From: an uncultured virus (IMG/VR IMGVR_UViG_3300030202_003905)
Lineage: Duplodnaviria > Heunggongvirae > Uroviricota > Caudoviricetes
IMG/VR virus record: IMGVR_UViG_3300030202_003905
DNA length: 64,000 bases
Strand: one strand, 5' to 3'
Of this stretch, positions 1-8,587 are shown in pieces (position 1 is the first letter of the stretch; each line of letters begins with the position of its first letter). A program made the translations under genes and the position numbers. Below the pieces are notes generated by a model. That model did no database searches. It was not told the DNA's origin and saw only the letters and a program-made list of their open reading frames with translations.

Positions 1-380
1 CCAATTCTAAGATACTGTTCAATATCATCTATATTATTGGTATTTCTTATCTGTTCAAATTCTTTCTTGCTAATTTTATCTTTTAATTTCCTAGCAATGT
101 ATTTTTTAAACATTTTAACAGAATTAGGTTTTGAAGGAGTTAATACCGGTTCGTTAATGTCGAATATACCCGGTAAAGGGCCTCCAGGCATTAATACCTT
201 TAATAGCGGCGGTAAAGCTGGGCCACAACTTTCAAAACTTAACTCTTGTAGTACAAAACCTTCATAACTTTCAGATTTTTCAAAACCTGAATTTAATGTA
301 GGGTCTACTTTGAATCTTATATACTTCAAGCCTTTGTTTTTTAAACATTCAGCTAATATAATGTCAAAGCTTTTCATCAT
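1..380 (-). CDS. Hypothetical protein, truncated by the left edge (MMKSFDIILAECLKNKGLKYIRFKVDP...)
   Basis: Manual translation: open frame from ATG at 380 to the window edge; TAAATA motif 5 nt upstream (386-391). Not in the ORF track because it has no stop in the window. Confidence 0.7.
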   Translation of the reverse strand, partial: MMKSFDIILAECLKNKGLKYIRFKVDPTLNSGFEKSESYEGFVLQELSFESCGPALPPLLKVLMPGGPLPGIFDINEPVLTPSKPNSVKMFKKYIARKLKDKISKKEFEQIRNTNNIDDIEQYLRI

Positions 381-388
381 ATTAGTAT

Positions 389-1474
389 TTAATCTTTTTT
401 ATAGTTAATAATGTCTTGGATAGTTGAGTAGAACGGTTTTTGACCCGAACTATGACAACAAGGTTCTTTCTTCTTGTCATGGGACCATTGATTGAACCAA
501 AATAAGTTGTAATTATGTATTTCTGCTATAATACTATAGAATGGTTCCTCAGTAAAAGGGTGTGCATCATGATTGCTAGTGAATATATCCAATAGCTTCA
601 TATACATAGGTAAAACAACTTTTTCTAATTCTTCAAACTCGCCACCGAAAATAGTACCTACCGTCCAATTAGGGTATTCAGTTGTAATTTGAGAATCTAC
701 ATTTTTTGTTTTTTTAGGATCTAATGTAAATGTTTTTTTGTCTGAATGCTCGTCTTGATTATATTGTGTACCACATTTCCAACCAAATTCATCTTTTAAT
801 ACCTTAGATACAAATCTGTTATTCTCTTTCCAGTCATATTCAGCTAATCTATCGTTTTGAGTACCTTGAGTTATATGAAACCATTTTTTTTGTTTCCATA
901 TACGTTTTAAACCGGATGTAAACTTGGGAGTAAAAATATTGTTTTTATTTTTCGGATAGAAGTGAGAGTCGGGGTACCTTTCTTCCATTTGTCCATTCAT
1001 ACTATAAACGTATTCAGCACCTCCAAGTGATTCTGGTATTTTACACCACTCTGTAACACCTGCATCTATCCACACCACTCTATCGCAGCCCCATTCGTTA
1101 TCTTTAGCTCTTCTACACCATTCTAACTTCCAGTGACAAAGAAGTTCATTTCTCGGACAAAACATATATGTGTTACCGTCATCTTTACCATCTTGAAGTT
1201 TATGCCATACAAATTTATTCTTAGTTTCTAAAATTTCATAAGATCTAGGCCATTCAAATAAATCTAACCCGATAACTTTAAATTTTTTCCAGTATTTTTC
1301 TACAATTGAAGTTAATAAACCTACTTCATGTGGCCAACAATATAAATGTAATGGCATGCCAAGCTTGGAAAGATTTTTTAAAGAAGTTTCATATAATTCT
1401 TCATCATTATCTTTACCTCCGCAGAGCCAATCAGATCTTGCATCATAAACACAGGTAACTAAGATAGGTTTCAT
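389..1474 (-). CDS. HtrL/WlaTC-like putative glycosyltransferase
   Basis: N-terminal LVTCVYD, RNELLCHWK, WIDAG motif, GTIFGG and FTEE; paralogous to 20199..21206. Confidence 0.6.
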   Translation of the reverse strand: MKPILVTCVYDARSDWLCGGKDNDEELYETSLKNLSKLGMPLHLYCWPHEVGLLTSIVEKYWKKFKVIGLDLFEWPRSYEILETKNKFVWHKLQDGKDDGNTYMFCPRNELLCHWKLEWCRRAKDNEWGCDRVVWIDAGVTEWCKIPESLGGAEYVYSMNGQMEERYPDSHFYPKNKNNIFTPKFTSGLKRIWKQKKWFHITQGTQNDRLAEYDWKENNRFVSKVLKDEFGWKCGTQYNQDEHSDKKTFTLDPKKTKNVDSQITTEYPNWTVGTIFGGEFEELEKVVLPMYMKLLDIFTSNHDAHPFTEEPFYSIIAEIHNYNLFWFNQWSHDKKKEPCCHSSGQKPFYSTIQDIINYKKD

Positions 1475-2082
1475 GGTAATAATTTATAATTAAATTTGGT
1501 AAAATCCTCTATGTAAAGATTATTAATAAATTCTACGGATTCTTTAGTTAGTAAAGGAACACAAGAACAAGTATCAATACCTGATGAATTCATATGAGGT
1601 AACCCTTCAGTTATACCTAATTCTTTACACATATCATTAAATTCTTGTTCTAAATTTTCATATCTTAGTACATAATCATAATGAATATTTTCAAAATAGA
1701 TACTTTGAGATAATATATGATCACAATTAGAGTATATAAATTTTTGCCACCACTCTAAAAATTGATCACTATCAAAAGTTGTAGCTTTTTTTTCTCTAAA
1801 AAAATATTCAGATATAGCTCTTGTATAAGGGTTCCTTACTATTGTAAATTTTTTGTATGAATTATAAAATTTTTCATATCTTTCTTTTATCATACTTGGA
1901 GTAAAATGTTGAGGTGAAAAGAGTAACTCTTTACCTTTTTCATTACAATAATACGGAAGTTCTTCTTCTCTATAACATGTATTCAATGAATTATCTTTAA
2001 TGCCAAATTTATTAATAATAGAGATACCACCTGTCTTAGGAATATGGACAAAGCATAGATTATGCTCATGGATGAAGGGCAT
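1471..2082 (-). CDS. Sulfotransferase (Sulfotransfer_2-like)
   Basis: FVHIPKTGGISI 5'-PSB loop, FTIVRNPYTRAISEY 3'-PB motif, RYENL and terminal DFTKFNY. Confidence 0.8.
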   Translation of the reverse strand: MPFIHEHNLCFVHIPKTGGISIINKFGIKDNSLNTCYREEELPYYCNEKGKELLFSPQHFTPSMIKERYEKFYNSYKKFTIVRNPYTRAISEYFFREKKATTFDSDQFLEWWQKFIYSNCDHILSQSIYFENIHYDYVLRYENLEQEFNDMCKELGITEGLPHMNSSGIDTCSCVPLLTKESVEFINNLYIEDFTKFNYKLLP

Positions 2083-2096
2083 CTTTTATTTAAACC

Positions 2097-2124
2097 TTGA
2101 TTATAAAAGTAAAGATACTAAACT
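2097..2124 (+). promoter_or_regulatory. Sigma70-like promoter of folE (TTGATT-N16-TAAACT, 8 nt before ATG 2133)
   Basis: Motif read directly; same geometry as the other early promoters in the window. Confidence 0.55.
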
Positions 2125-2132
2125 ATATTTGT

Positions 2133-2795
2133 ATGTCGGAAAGAGTTAAAGAATTTTTATTACCAACAGCAAATAGTTCTGCACCCAGAACAGACGAAGA
2201 AAAACAATCAATTATTAATAACGCTGCTAATGCTTATGAAGCATATCTAGATGCCCTTGGTTTTGATTGGAGAAATGATCCTAATAGTGATAATACACCA
2301 ATGAGAGTTGCAAAGGCATTTGTTAATGATATGGCAGCTGGTTGTTATGATTCACCTCCTAAAGTTACGTCGTTTCCTTCTGATGGTTATGACGGTATAG
2401 TATTTCAAGGTGGTATTCCTATTAAGAGCCTTTGTAGTCACCATCATTTACCTTTTACTGGAAAAGCACACGTTGCATATATTCCAAGCTTGGATGGTAG
2501 AGTGATTGGTCTTAGTAAGCTTAATCGTATTGTTGAATATTTTGCAAGACGTCCTCAGATTCAGGAAGGTCTTACTATGCAGATTCAAAATGCTATTGAT
2601 GAAGTATGTGAATCAAATGCAGGGGTTGCAGTATTAATTAGTGCAACGCATACTTGTGCTTGTTTACGTGGTGTTAAGCATGATGGTTGTGCTATGATGA
2701 CATCAAAATTAAGTGGATCATTTTATGATGATGAAAAAACAAGAGCAGAATTTTATCACTTTGTTGACTCTTGGAATAGATCACCTTCAATCTAA
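2133..2795 (+). CDS. folE: GTP cyclohydrolase I
   Basis: TPMRVAK, SLCSHHHLPFTGKAHVAYIP, GLSKLNRIV, RRPQIQE, HTCACLRGV; start moved to ATG 2133 on promoter geometry. Confidence 0.95.
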   Translation: MSERVKEFLLPTANSSAPRTDEEKQSIINNAANAYEAYLDALGFDWRNDPNSDNTPMRVAKAFVNDMAAGCYDSPPKVTSFPSDGYDGIVFQGGIPIKSLCSHHHLPFTGKAHVAYIPSLDGRVIGLSKLNRIVEYFARRPQIQEGLTMQIQNAIDEVCESNAGVAVLISATHTCACLRGVKHDGCAMMTSKLSGSFYDDEKTRAEFYHFVDSWNRSPSI

Positions 2796-2803
2796 ATACT
2801 TTT

Positions 2804-3361
2804 GTGGCAAGAACAAAAAAAGAAGATTCTCACGGATTTGAAAAAGCTATTTTAAAAGTTAGTAGTTTAAGAGAACGGAAGCTTTATGGACCCGCAGCTA
2901 AAGCAGCTGAAGACCCTGAAACGGGAATTGTAATTAAACAAAAACCGGCTTATTTTGTTATTAAAGATTGTGCTACTATTACTAAGAGGTATTTGTTTGT
3001 AATGTGTTATGGTTCTTTAACTGATCCTATTGGACAATTAAAAGGAAAAGTAAGTGTTGAAGATATAGAAGATTTTGTAGCAAGAAGTAAAAATAAATCT
3101 GATTATGAAACAAAACAATTATTCAATTTAGTGTTTCATGACATAGCACAGTATATACCTCAATTGCATTCTGATTCAGATGATCTTGATATCACATTTG
3201 ATGTAATAGATGAAGAGAACGTTTATGGTGACTATGAAGACCTAGGAAATGAGCGAATAAAAGAAATGGAAAAACTCGAGGCTCAAGAAAGAACAAAAAT
3301 CGATTTATCCAACGATCAAGCAGTTATTGATAAGTTAGTAGAAGTATTTGTAATGGATTAA
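2804..3361 (+). CDS. Hypothetical protein, acidic C-terminus
   Basis: 185-aa ORF; TAAATA 5 nt upstream of the GTG start. Confidence 0.65.
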   Translation: MARTKKEDSHGFEKAILKVSSLRERKLYGPAAKAAEDPETGIVIKQKPAYFVIKDCATITKRYLFVMCYGSLTDPIGQLKGKVSVEDIEDFVARSKNKSDYETKQLFNLVFHDIAQYIPQLHSDSDDLDITFDVIDEENVYGDYEDLGNERIKEMEKLEAQERTKIDLSNDQAVIDKLVEVFVMD

Positions 3362-4107
3362 GAAATACTGTGTGTTAATTGGTCGACAGAACCGACTTTA
3401 CCCCTTATATTCACATTAAAAGACATTGTCATCCTAAATGTTTCTTTATCTATTTCGTTTGGGTGGTACATAGATGCAGCATGTCTTAACCATGATGGGA
3501 AAATAATCATCATACCATCTCTTAATTCAGGCCGTATTGTTGGAGAATAATAACGAGACCCTTCTTCTTTAACGCTAGGAGTTATAACATAATTTTGATT
3601 ATTAGGGGCGTAAAAAGTCGTACCACCGAGTGCCATTTTTACTCCGTTATGAGCTTTGGTTTGGGGGTCTTCTACACAAATAATACCGCTAAGAAAACTA
3701 TTAGGGTGAAAATGTTCTGGGTTTTGACCATTTAGTCTATATATGTTAGCCCACATTAAGGATATATCAAAAGTTTCAACTTCTATATTTGTCCGTGTTT
3801 CCCATTCTCTACACGCTTCAAAAATAAGATCATTTACAAAAGAAAATTCTTTCTTATTTTGTAGATCCGGATTTGTCTGAAAACTGGTAACATTTTCCCC
3901 TTTACAAAAACCTTCTATAAGCGCCTTACTAAAAAGATTATTTTTTACACCAGGTTTTGTTTTATCCCATGTTTCTACATTGTCGCAATTTCGCTTATAT
4001 TCATTTTGAATAAGTTTGCTTATTTTTTTAATAGACTTTTTATCTATTTCACATAAAAAAAATGGTGTGGGAAATAAATCTAGAAGTTCGGGTGTGATTA
4101 AAGGCAC
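3358..4107 (-). CDS. 2OG-Fe(II) oxygenase (TIGR02466-like)
   Basis: MWANIY, HFHPNSFLSG (HxH), IIFPSWLRH and RMTMSFN, typical of this phage-enriched family. Confidence 0.85.
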   Translation of the reverse strand: MPLITPELLDLFPTPFFLCEIDKKSIKKISKLIQNEYKRNCDNVETWDKTKPGVKNNLFSKALIEGFCKGENVTSFQTNPDLQNKKEFSFVNDLIFEACREWETRTNIEVETFDISLMWANIYRLNGQNPEHFHPNSFLSGIICVEDPQTKAHNGVKMALGGTTFYAPNNQNYVITPSVKEEGSRYYSPTIRPELRDGMMIIFPSWLRHAASMYHPNEIDKETFRMTMSFNVNIRGKVGSVDQLTHSIS

Positions 4108-4115
4108 ATAATGAC

Positions 4116-4565
4116 TTATTCCTGTTCGTACTCTTTATCAACGTCAATTAATTTATCAATTTTGGATAAGAATAATTTTCCAATTAATATAGGAAATTCA
4201 TTTTCACTTCTATCTGCTATAGAAAATGGTACATCTTTATATTCTTGATCTCCTAATTTTATATCAAATAGAACTACAGGTCGATCTTCTTTAACACCGG
4301 ACCCGATATGAATTACTACATGATCCACGACTTTCTTTTTTAATTTTTTACCATCGATAGTTTTTACTATTATGTTTTCGCCGCGCTTCTTTACTACCTC
4401 ACCATCTATAACGTTATAAGCTCCATTACCTGAGTCTATTTTTGCATCGACTTCACCAATACCATCAATATAGATTTTTTCTACCAAGCCAACAATGTCG
4501 TCTTCGGGTACATTGATTTCTTGTACAATGTATCTGCGATAAATTTTTGAAAAGTTGCTAATCAT
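4116..4565 (-). CDS. Retropepsin-like aspartic protease (RimK-associated family)
   Basis: GLVEKI, AKIDSGN (D-S/T-G catalytic motif), EDRPVV, FSIADRS and ILIGK. Confidence 0.8.
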   Translation of the reverse strand: MISNFSKIYRRYIVQEINVPEDDIVGLVEKIYIDGIGEVDAKIDSGNGAYNVIDGEVVKKRGENIIVKTIDGKKLKKKVVDHVVIHIGSGVKEDRPVVLFDIKLGDQEYKDVPFSIADRSENEFPILIGKLFLSKIDKLIDVDKEYEQE

Positions 4566-4740
4566 TATTTTTTCGTGCTTCTAATATAGTTTTTCGCTCA
4601 TCTCTACACAGCTTTACCAAATCGGCTAATGCTTTCCGAGCTCTAGTAGATGCTGACTTATTATTTTTTTCAGTATATAAATCTACGTTTTTAATATAAG
4701 TTGCTACCGTATCTAGAATAAGTTGTTTTTGACTGTCCAT
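4558..4740 (-). CDS. Small basic Hc1/histone H1-like protein
   Basis: NKSASTRARKALADLVKLCRDERK resembles the NKxAxxRARKA core of the Hc1-like family. Confidence 0.6.
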   Translation of the reverse strand: MDSQKQLILDTVATYIKNVDLYTEKNNKSASTRARKALADLVKLCRDERKTILEARKNND

Positions 4741-4760
4741 ATGTTTATATATACGTTCAA

Positions 4761-5153
4761 CTAGTATTTATCAATCTCTAACTTATCAGCTTCATTATAG
4801 TCAGGATCTGAACCTTTTAATAGGTAACTTTTCCCGTTTACTGGTAACTTTCTTTCAATAGTAAGAAATTTTAATTGTTCATTGGGAACTATCATTTTAG
4901 TCTTTCTATCGGTCATATAAAATACGGTACCTTTAAACCCTTTTCTAACTACCCTGGCTTGTCTCCCGCTAATATAAATTATATCGTCGTTCTCGATGTT
5001 AGAACCTAAGAAAACTAGCATTCCTTGTACGAAATTCATTATTAAGTCTCTGCAGAAAAACGTGATTGCTATACCTAAAGCAACCCAAAGATATTCGTTG
5101 CCGATATTTTTTATAACCGACTCGAGGTGATTAGAATTAAGAACCTCTTCCAT
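4761..5153 (-). CDS. Membrane protein with a truncated MscS-like domain
   Basis: TM segment, then RDLIMNFVQG, DDIIYISG and IVPNEQL, resembling the MscS TM3/beta-domain. Confidence 0.55.
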   Translation of the reverse strand: MEEVLNSNHLESVIKNIGNEYLWVALGIAITFFCRDLIMNFVQGMLVFLGSNIENDDIIYISGRQARVVRKGFKGTVFYMTDRKTKMIVPNEQLKFLTIERKLPVNGKSYLLKGSDPDYNEADKLEIDKY

Positions 5154-5216
5154 GTTAATATTTATCTATTTTTTTTATCTATTGATATGTGGGGATTTGA
5201 ATAAATAATAGTCAAT

Positions 5217-5906
5217 ATGAAGAAAACATTATCTTTTCTCATTATGTCGGCTGTGTGTTTATTCACACAAAATGCGCAAGCAGAAGGCTTGTCGTTAACA
5301 GGTACACTTCAATACGAAACCGAGCATTATGTTCGAGGCCTAAACTATTCTGATGACGCTCTTGGAGTTGGATTCAACGGTAGTTATGACCTCGGATGGG
5401 CAAATGCTTTTGGTGGGGTATACAACATTCCACGTCTTGGTGGATCTGATAGTATAAACCACTCAGTTTTAGGATTGGGTCGGTCTTATGATCTTTTTGG
5501 TCTAAAAATTGACGGTTCTGTAGAAGTGCAACATCATAACGCAGCAGTCAATAGTACAGAAGTTGGTCTAGGTGCTAATTTTACTAATTTACCTTTAATT
5601 AGTAAGTTTGCAACTGTTGGTTTAACCCTTTGGGATAACCAAGATCTAGATTATTCTGGTGTTACTATTGATATTGCGGGAGATGCTATCGATGTACCTT
5701 TTATCGATAACTTAAGTTTTACACCTTATGTAGAACTCGGTTCATTTGATTTACATGACTATCAAAAATTTGGTAGTTCTTTAAACTATGACGGGTTCGA
5801 AGTGTTAAAGCCTTATGTTAATGTTTTTTATCTTGATAGCGATGATTCGCCTTTCGGAGATGAAGATGGTTGGACAACAACAGTCGGTGTGAGATACTCG
5901 TTCTAA
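5217..5906 (+). CDS. Outer-membrane beta-barrel protein
   Basis: Sec signal peptide (MKKT...AQA), alternating amphipathic strands, C-terminal beta-signal TVGVRYSF. Confidence 0.8.
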   Translation: MKKTLSFLIMSAVCLFTQNAQAEGLSLTGTLQYETEHYVRGLNYSDDALGVGFNGSYDLGWANAFGGVYNIPRLGGSDSINHSVLGLGRSYDLFGLKIDGSVEVQHHNAAVNSTEVGLGANFTNLPLISKFATVGLTLWDNQDLDYSGVTIDIAGDAIDVPFIDNLSFTPYVELGSFDLHDYQKFGSSLNYDGFEVLKPYVNVFYLDSDDSPFGDEDGWTTTVGVRYSF

Positions 5907-5934
5907 AATAGAATAAAAAAAATATGGGGAGTCA

Positions 5935-5962
5935 GGGGCTTGCGAAAGCAAGCCCTTTTTTT
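5935..5962 (+). terminator. Intrinsic terminator
   Basis: GGGCTTGC-GAAA-GCAAGCCC followed by a T tract, between convergent genes. Confidence 0.85.
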
Positions 5963-6264
5963 CATGGGTCGTGTTTTTGTCCTGGCTGTCTTGTTTCAGC
6001 AGGGGGGTTTGTATTTTTATAACCAGGAGGGCTTACAGATCTAGGAGGGGTTGGCCTACTAGGTGGTGGGTTATATGGTTTGGATGCTCTATCTCTTTCT
6101 CTATGATGTCTTCTTTTATAATTATGATTATGGTAGTGGTGGGTATGATCATATATATAAAGAGTACTTTGGTTACGCCAGTGATCGTGAGGATGATATT
6201 CTACTGTTTCCCAACTACTACAACCTGTTAAAAAGATTACAGTAGATAAGGCAAGTATTTTCAT
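5962..6264 (-). CDS. His/Pro-rich lipoprotein
   Basis: MKILALSTVIFLTGC lipobox, His-rich middle, Pro-rich tail. Confidence 0.65.
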   Translation of the reverse strand: MKILALSTVIFLTGCSSWETVEYHPHDHWRNQSTLYIYDHTHHYHNHNYKRRHHRERDRASKPYNPPPSRPTPPRSVSPPGYKNTNPPAETRQPGQKHDP

Positions 6265-6266
6265 GA

Positions 6267-6491
6267 TCAATTTTTAATTCGACGTCTTAAAAGAAGTGGA
6301 TCAAAATTATCGTTGCTATCCCAAGCAAAAGGTTCCCATCCTTTGGGTATATTTTTGCCATTAGAAGTTTTGAATTCCCACTCCTGATTTGCATCCCAAG
6401 TAGATGGGTTAATTGAGGCACCTGTACCGAGTACTATAGTAGCGGTCAACAACGCACCAATAGTAAATGATTTCCAGTCTAGTATTTTCAT
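6267..6491 (-). CDS. Small membrane-anchored or secreted protein
   Basis: N-terminal hydrophobic helix (DWKSFTIGALLTATIVLGTGA); ATGA overlap with the upstream gene. Confidence 0.6.
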   Translation of the reverse strand: MKILDWKSFTIGALLTATIVLGTGASINPSTWDANQEWEFKTSNGKNIPKGWEPFAWDSNDNFDPLLLRRRIKN

Positions 6492-6802
6492 TGTTGTAAA
6501 TCTTTTATTTTACGGGTTAACATCTTTTGATATTTTGCAACCGTACCGTAATTATCGATTGCATGTCTTTTATCTGGATTTGCTCTTAATGCTTTTAAGC
6601 TTTCGATATCTTTTTGTTTATCAGTATGCTCTTCACCTTCTTCTCCAGGAATAGCTTCATCTGTGTCTGCAACCGAACCATCATAAGTATCGTTTTCTGG
6701 ATCTAATGTATCCCCATGTTGATTCTGGGTTTGCATATTAAGAACACCTCGATTGTATTCTTTTAACAAGCTTTTTATTTTATCATTGAATGTAACTTTC
6801 AT
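6488..6802 (-). CDS. Hypothetical protein, possible internal head protein
   Basis: 104-aa ORF; N-terminus MKVTFNDKIKSLLKE. Confidence 0.6.
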   Translation of the reverse strand: MKVTFNDKIKSLLKEYNRGVLNMQTQNQHGDTLDPENDTYDGSVADTDEAIPGEEGEEHTDKQKDIESLKALRANPDKRHAIDNYGTVAKYQKMLTRKIKDLQQ

Positions 6803-6920
6803 TTCTTATTCAGAGCATATAGTTTCCCTTGCGTCTCCGTTTGTCTCCCTTACCGCAAAGATATTTTACATATCTCATATAGACATCTCGAAAACATGTA
6901 ATTATTTATTAAATATTGTT

Positions 6921-7310
6921 ATGAATCGAGACGTTCGCAATTTACAAAAACTTATGGAATCAGGAGCTCTTGCTTTTAATATGGGTCCACAAGCTGGAGA
7001 CTTTGCAGATTACCCACAATCTAATACTACAGTTTTAAAATCTCCCGCTAGAGATACCATTTATAAAGTAGTAGATAAACAACTTAAAAGTGCTGAAGGG
7101 TTTCTTACAGCAGCAAGGAAAGAAGACATTGCATCAGCTATAGGTGATGTTAAAGATTCTATATATGTAAAACTCGATCCTTATATAGCAGAAATTAATA
7201 AGTTGGGTATGGAAGATGAGATAGATGAATATATTGATAAGACAATAAAAATGATGAAAGGGCCGAGAATGAAAAACCCTACGAGACCATCAGGCAATTT
7301 AGAAGATTAA
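6921..7310 (+). CDS. Hypothetical protein
   Basis: Start moved to ATG 6921 (MNRDVRNLQKLMES), which lies 5 nt after TAAATA 6910-6915. Confidence 0.6.
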   Translation: MNRDVRNLQKLMESGALAFNMGPQAGDFADYPQSNTTVLKSPARDTIYKVVDKQLKSAEGFLTAARKEDIASAIGDVKDSIYVKLDPYIAEINKLGMEDEIDEYIDKTIKMMKGPRMKNPTRPSGNLED

Positions 7311-7954
7311 GGATCGAAAGTATATTTAAATTTTTTTATTTCGTTTTTAGCCTTAGCAGCAACCATTTGTTTTGATTCTTCATCATACCACTCTCTATAA
7401 TCATTTGGGTATTTAAAATTGAATACGTTTTTATGTTCTTTAGAACTATTGTCGTTAGGTAGTATATATTTGTTGTAATTAAATTTTTTACATAAAGTAT
7501 TCCAACATTTTTGTAAATCTTCAAATTTAAACCATTTATTATTTTTAAACTCCGGGTCATTAAAAGTATACACCTCTTGTGGTTCATAAAATTCTTCCAA
7601 AAACCACTTAAAATTTTCCCAGTCTTGTTTTTGTGTTCTTATATCAAGTTTAGAAAATTTATCGATATGTAACCAATGAAAATAATAACTTAAAGCATGT
7701 GACCACGGGTTTCTAACAAAACAAAATTTAAAATAACTTTTTAGCTTCTCGTATTCATCTTTTGTATTTTTATCTGTTTTAAGCATCGAATAGTTACCAT
7801 GCATTCCAAGATAAAAATGCCAATATTCTTTTTTGATATTTTCGGGTGATCTATCTTTTAATCTTTCGTGTCTCCCCAGTGCTAAATGAATTGCAGATCC
7901 CCCTGTTTTAGGTACATGATAAAAAAGAGCTTTGTGGTGATGGTTAACGTTCAC
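7307..7954 (-). CDS. Sulfotransferase (Sulfotransfer_2-like)
   Basis: FYHVPKTGGSAI, FCFVRNPWSHALSYY, KFEDL, YREWYDEES and FKYTF. Confidence 0.8.
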   Translation of the reverse strand: MNVNHHHKALFYHVPKTGGSAIHLALGRHERLKDRSPENIKKEYWHFYLGMHGNYSMLKTDKNTKDEYEKLKSYFKFCFVRNPWSHALSYYFHWLHIDKFSKLDIRTQKQDWENFKWFLEEFYEPQEVYTFNDPEFKNNKWFKFEDLQKCWNTLCKKFNYNKYILPNDNSSKEHKNVFNFKYPNDYREWYDEESKQMVAAKAKNEIKKFKYTFDP

Positions 7955-7957
7955 ACC

Positions 7958-8587
7958 CTAATTTATAGACGAGGGAAGGTTTGTCAATAAACTGTAAACC
8001 TCGTCAACTACCGTTTTATTATCACGCAATCTATCTGGTATATATGGTAATAAATCTTCAACGGATAAATTATCTAATTTGTTTCTTATGTCTGATGCGC
8101 TTAACGGGTTATCACCACCAACAGTCGAAAATACATCGATATCAAACTCTACACCTTCTGGGGCATACTTAGCAGCATTTTTATATCTTGCAGCATCCTC
8201 ACCTTTACCACCAACACCTAAAATAACTTTATCACCAGGTTGTGTTCTTTCTGCAAAATAATCATAAACAAATTTTACAGGACCTGGGTCTGTTAAAAAT
8301 GTAATGTTTCTAATATTTTCATTTTCAGCGTATATTTCAAATATTTTCTTAGCAGTATCTGCAGGTATATATTTTCCTGAATCTGTAGTTCTAATACTTT
8401 TTGGATTTTGTGGGTCGCTAATTACAACAATTACTCTGTCTGCTTTATCAGCGTAATTTTTAAACATTTCAAAGTGACCTTTATGTGGTGGTTTAAAACT
8501 ACCCGGAACTAAAGCAACAGTCCTAAAGTTTACATCTTTATCTGGTATATCTTGTTCACCTAAAAAGAACTGTTTAAATGTTTTCAT
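7958..8587 (-). CDS. HIGH-superfamily (cytidylyltransferase/NMNAT-like) nucleotidyltransferase
   Basis: PGSFKPPHKGH (HxGH) and LSASDIR; N-terminus MKTFKQFFLGE. Confidence 0.85.
   Translation of the reverse strand: MKTFKQFFLGEQDIPDKDVNFRTVALVPGSFKPPHKGHFEMFKNYADKADRVIVVISDPQNPKSIRTTDSGKYIPADTAKKIFEIYAENENIRNITFLTDPGPVKFVYDYFAERTQPGDKVILGVGGKGEDAARYKNAAKYAPEGVEFDIDVFSTVGGDNPLSASDIRNKLDNLSVEDLLPYIPDRLRDNKTVVDEVYSLLTNLPSSIN

Noticed and set aside
5962..6491. Firm i-spanin/o-spanin assignment
   Set aside because: The 74-aa membrane protein lacks the long periplasmic coiled coil expected of an i-spanin, and no endolysin is adjacent; kept only as one hypothesis.
5217..6491. Naming a host phylum from the beta-barrel and the small membrane protein
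   Set aside because: The resemblance to Verrucomicrobiota/Planctomycetota proteins is only an impression; the sequence supports a diderm host and nothing more without a search.
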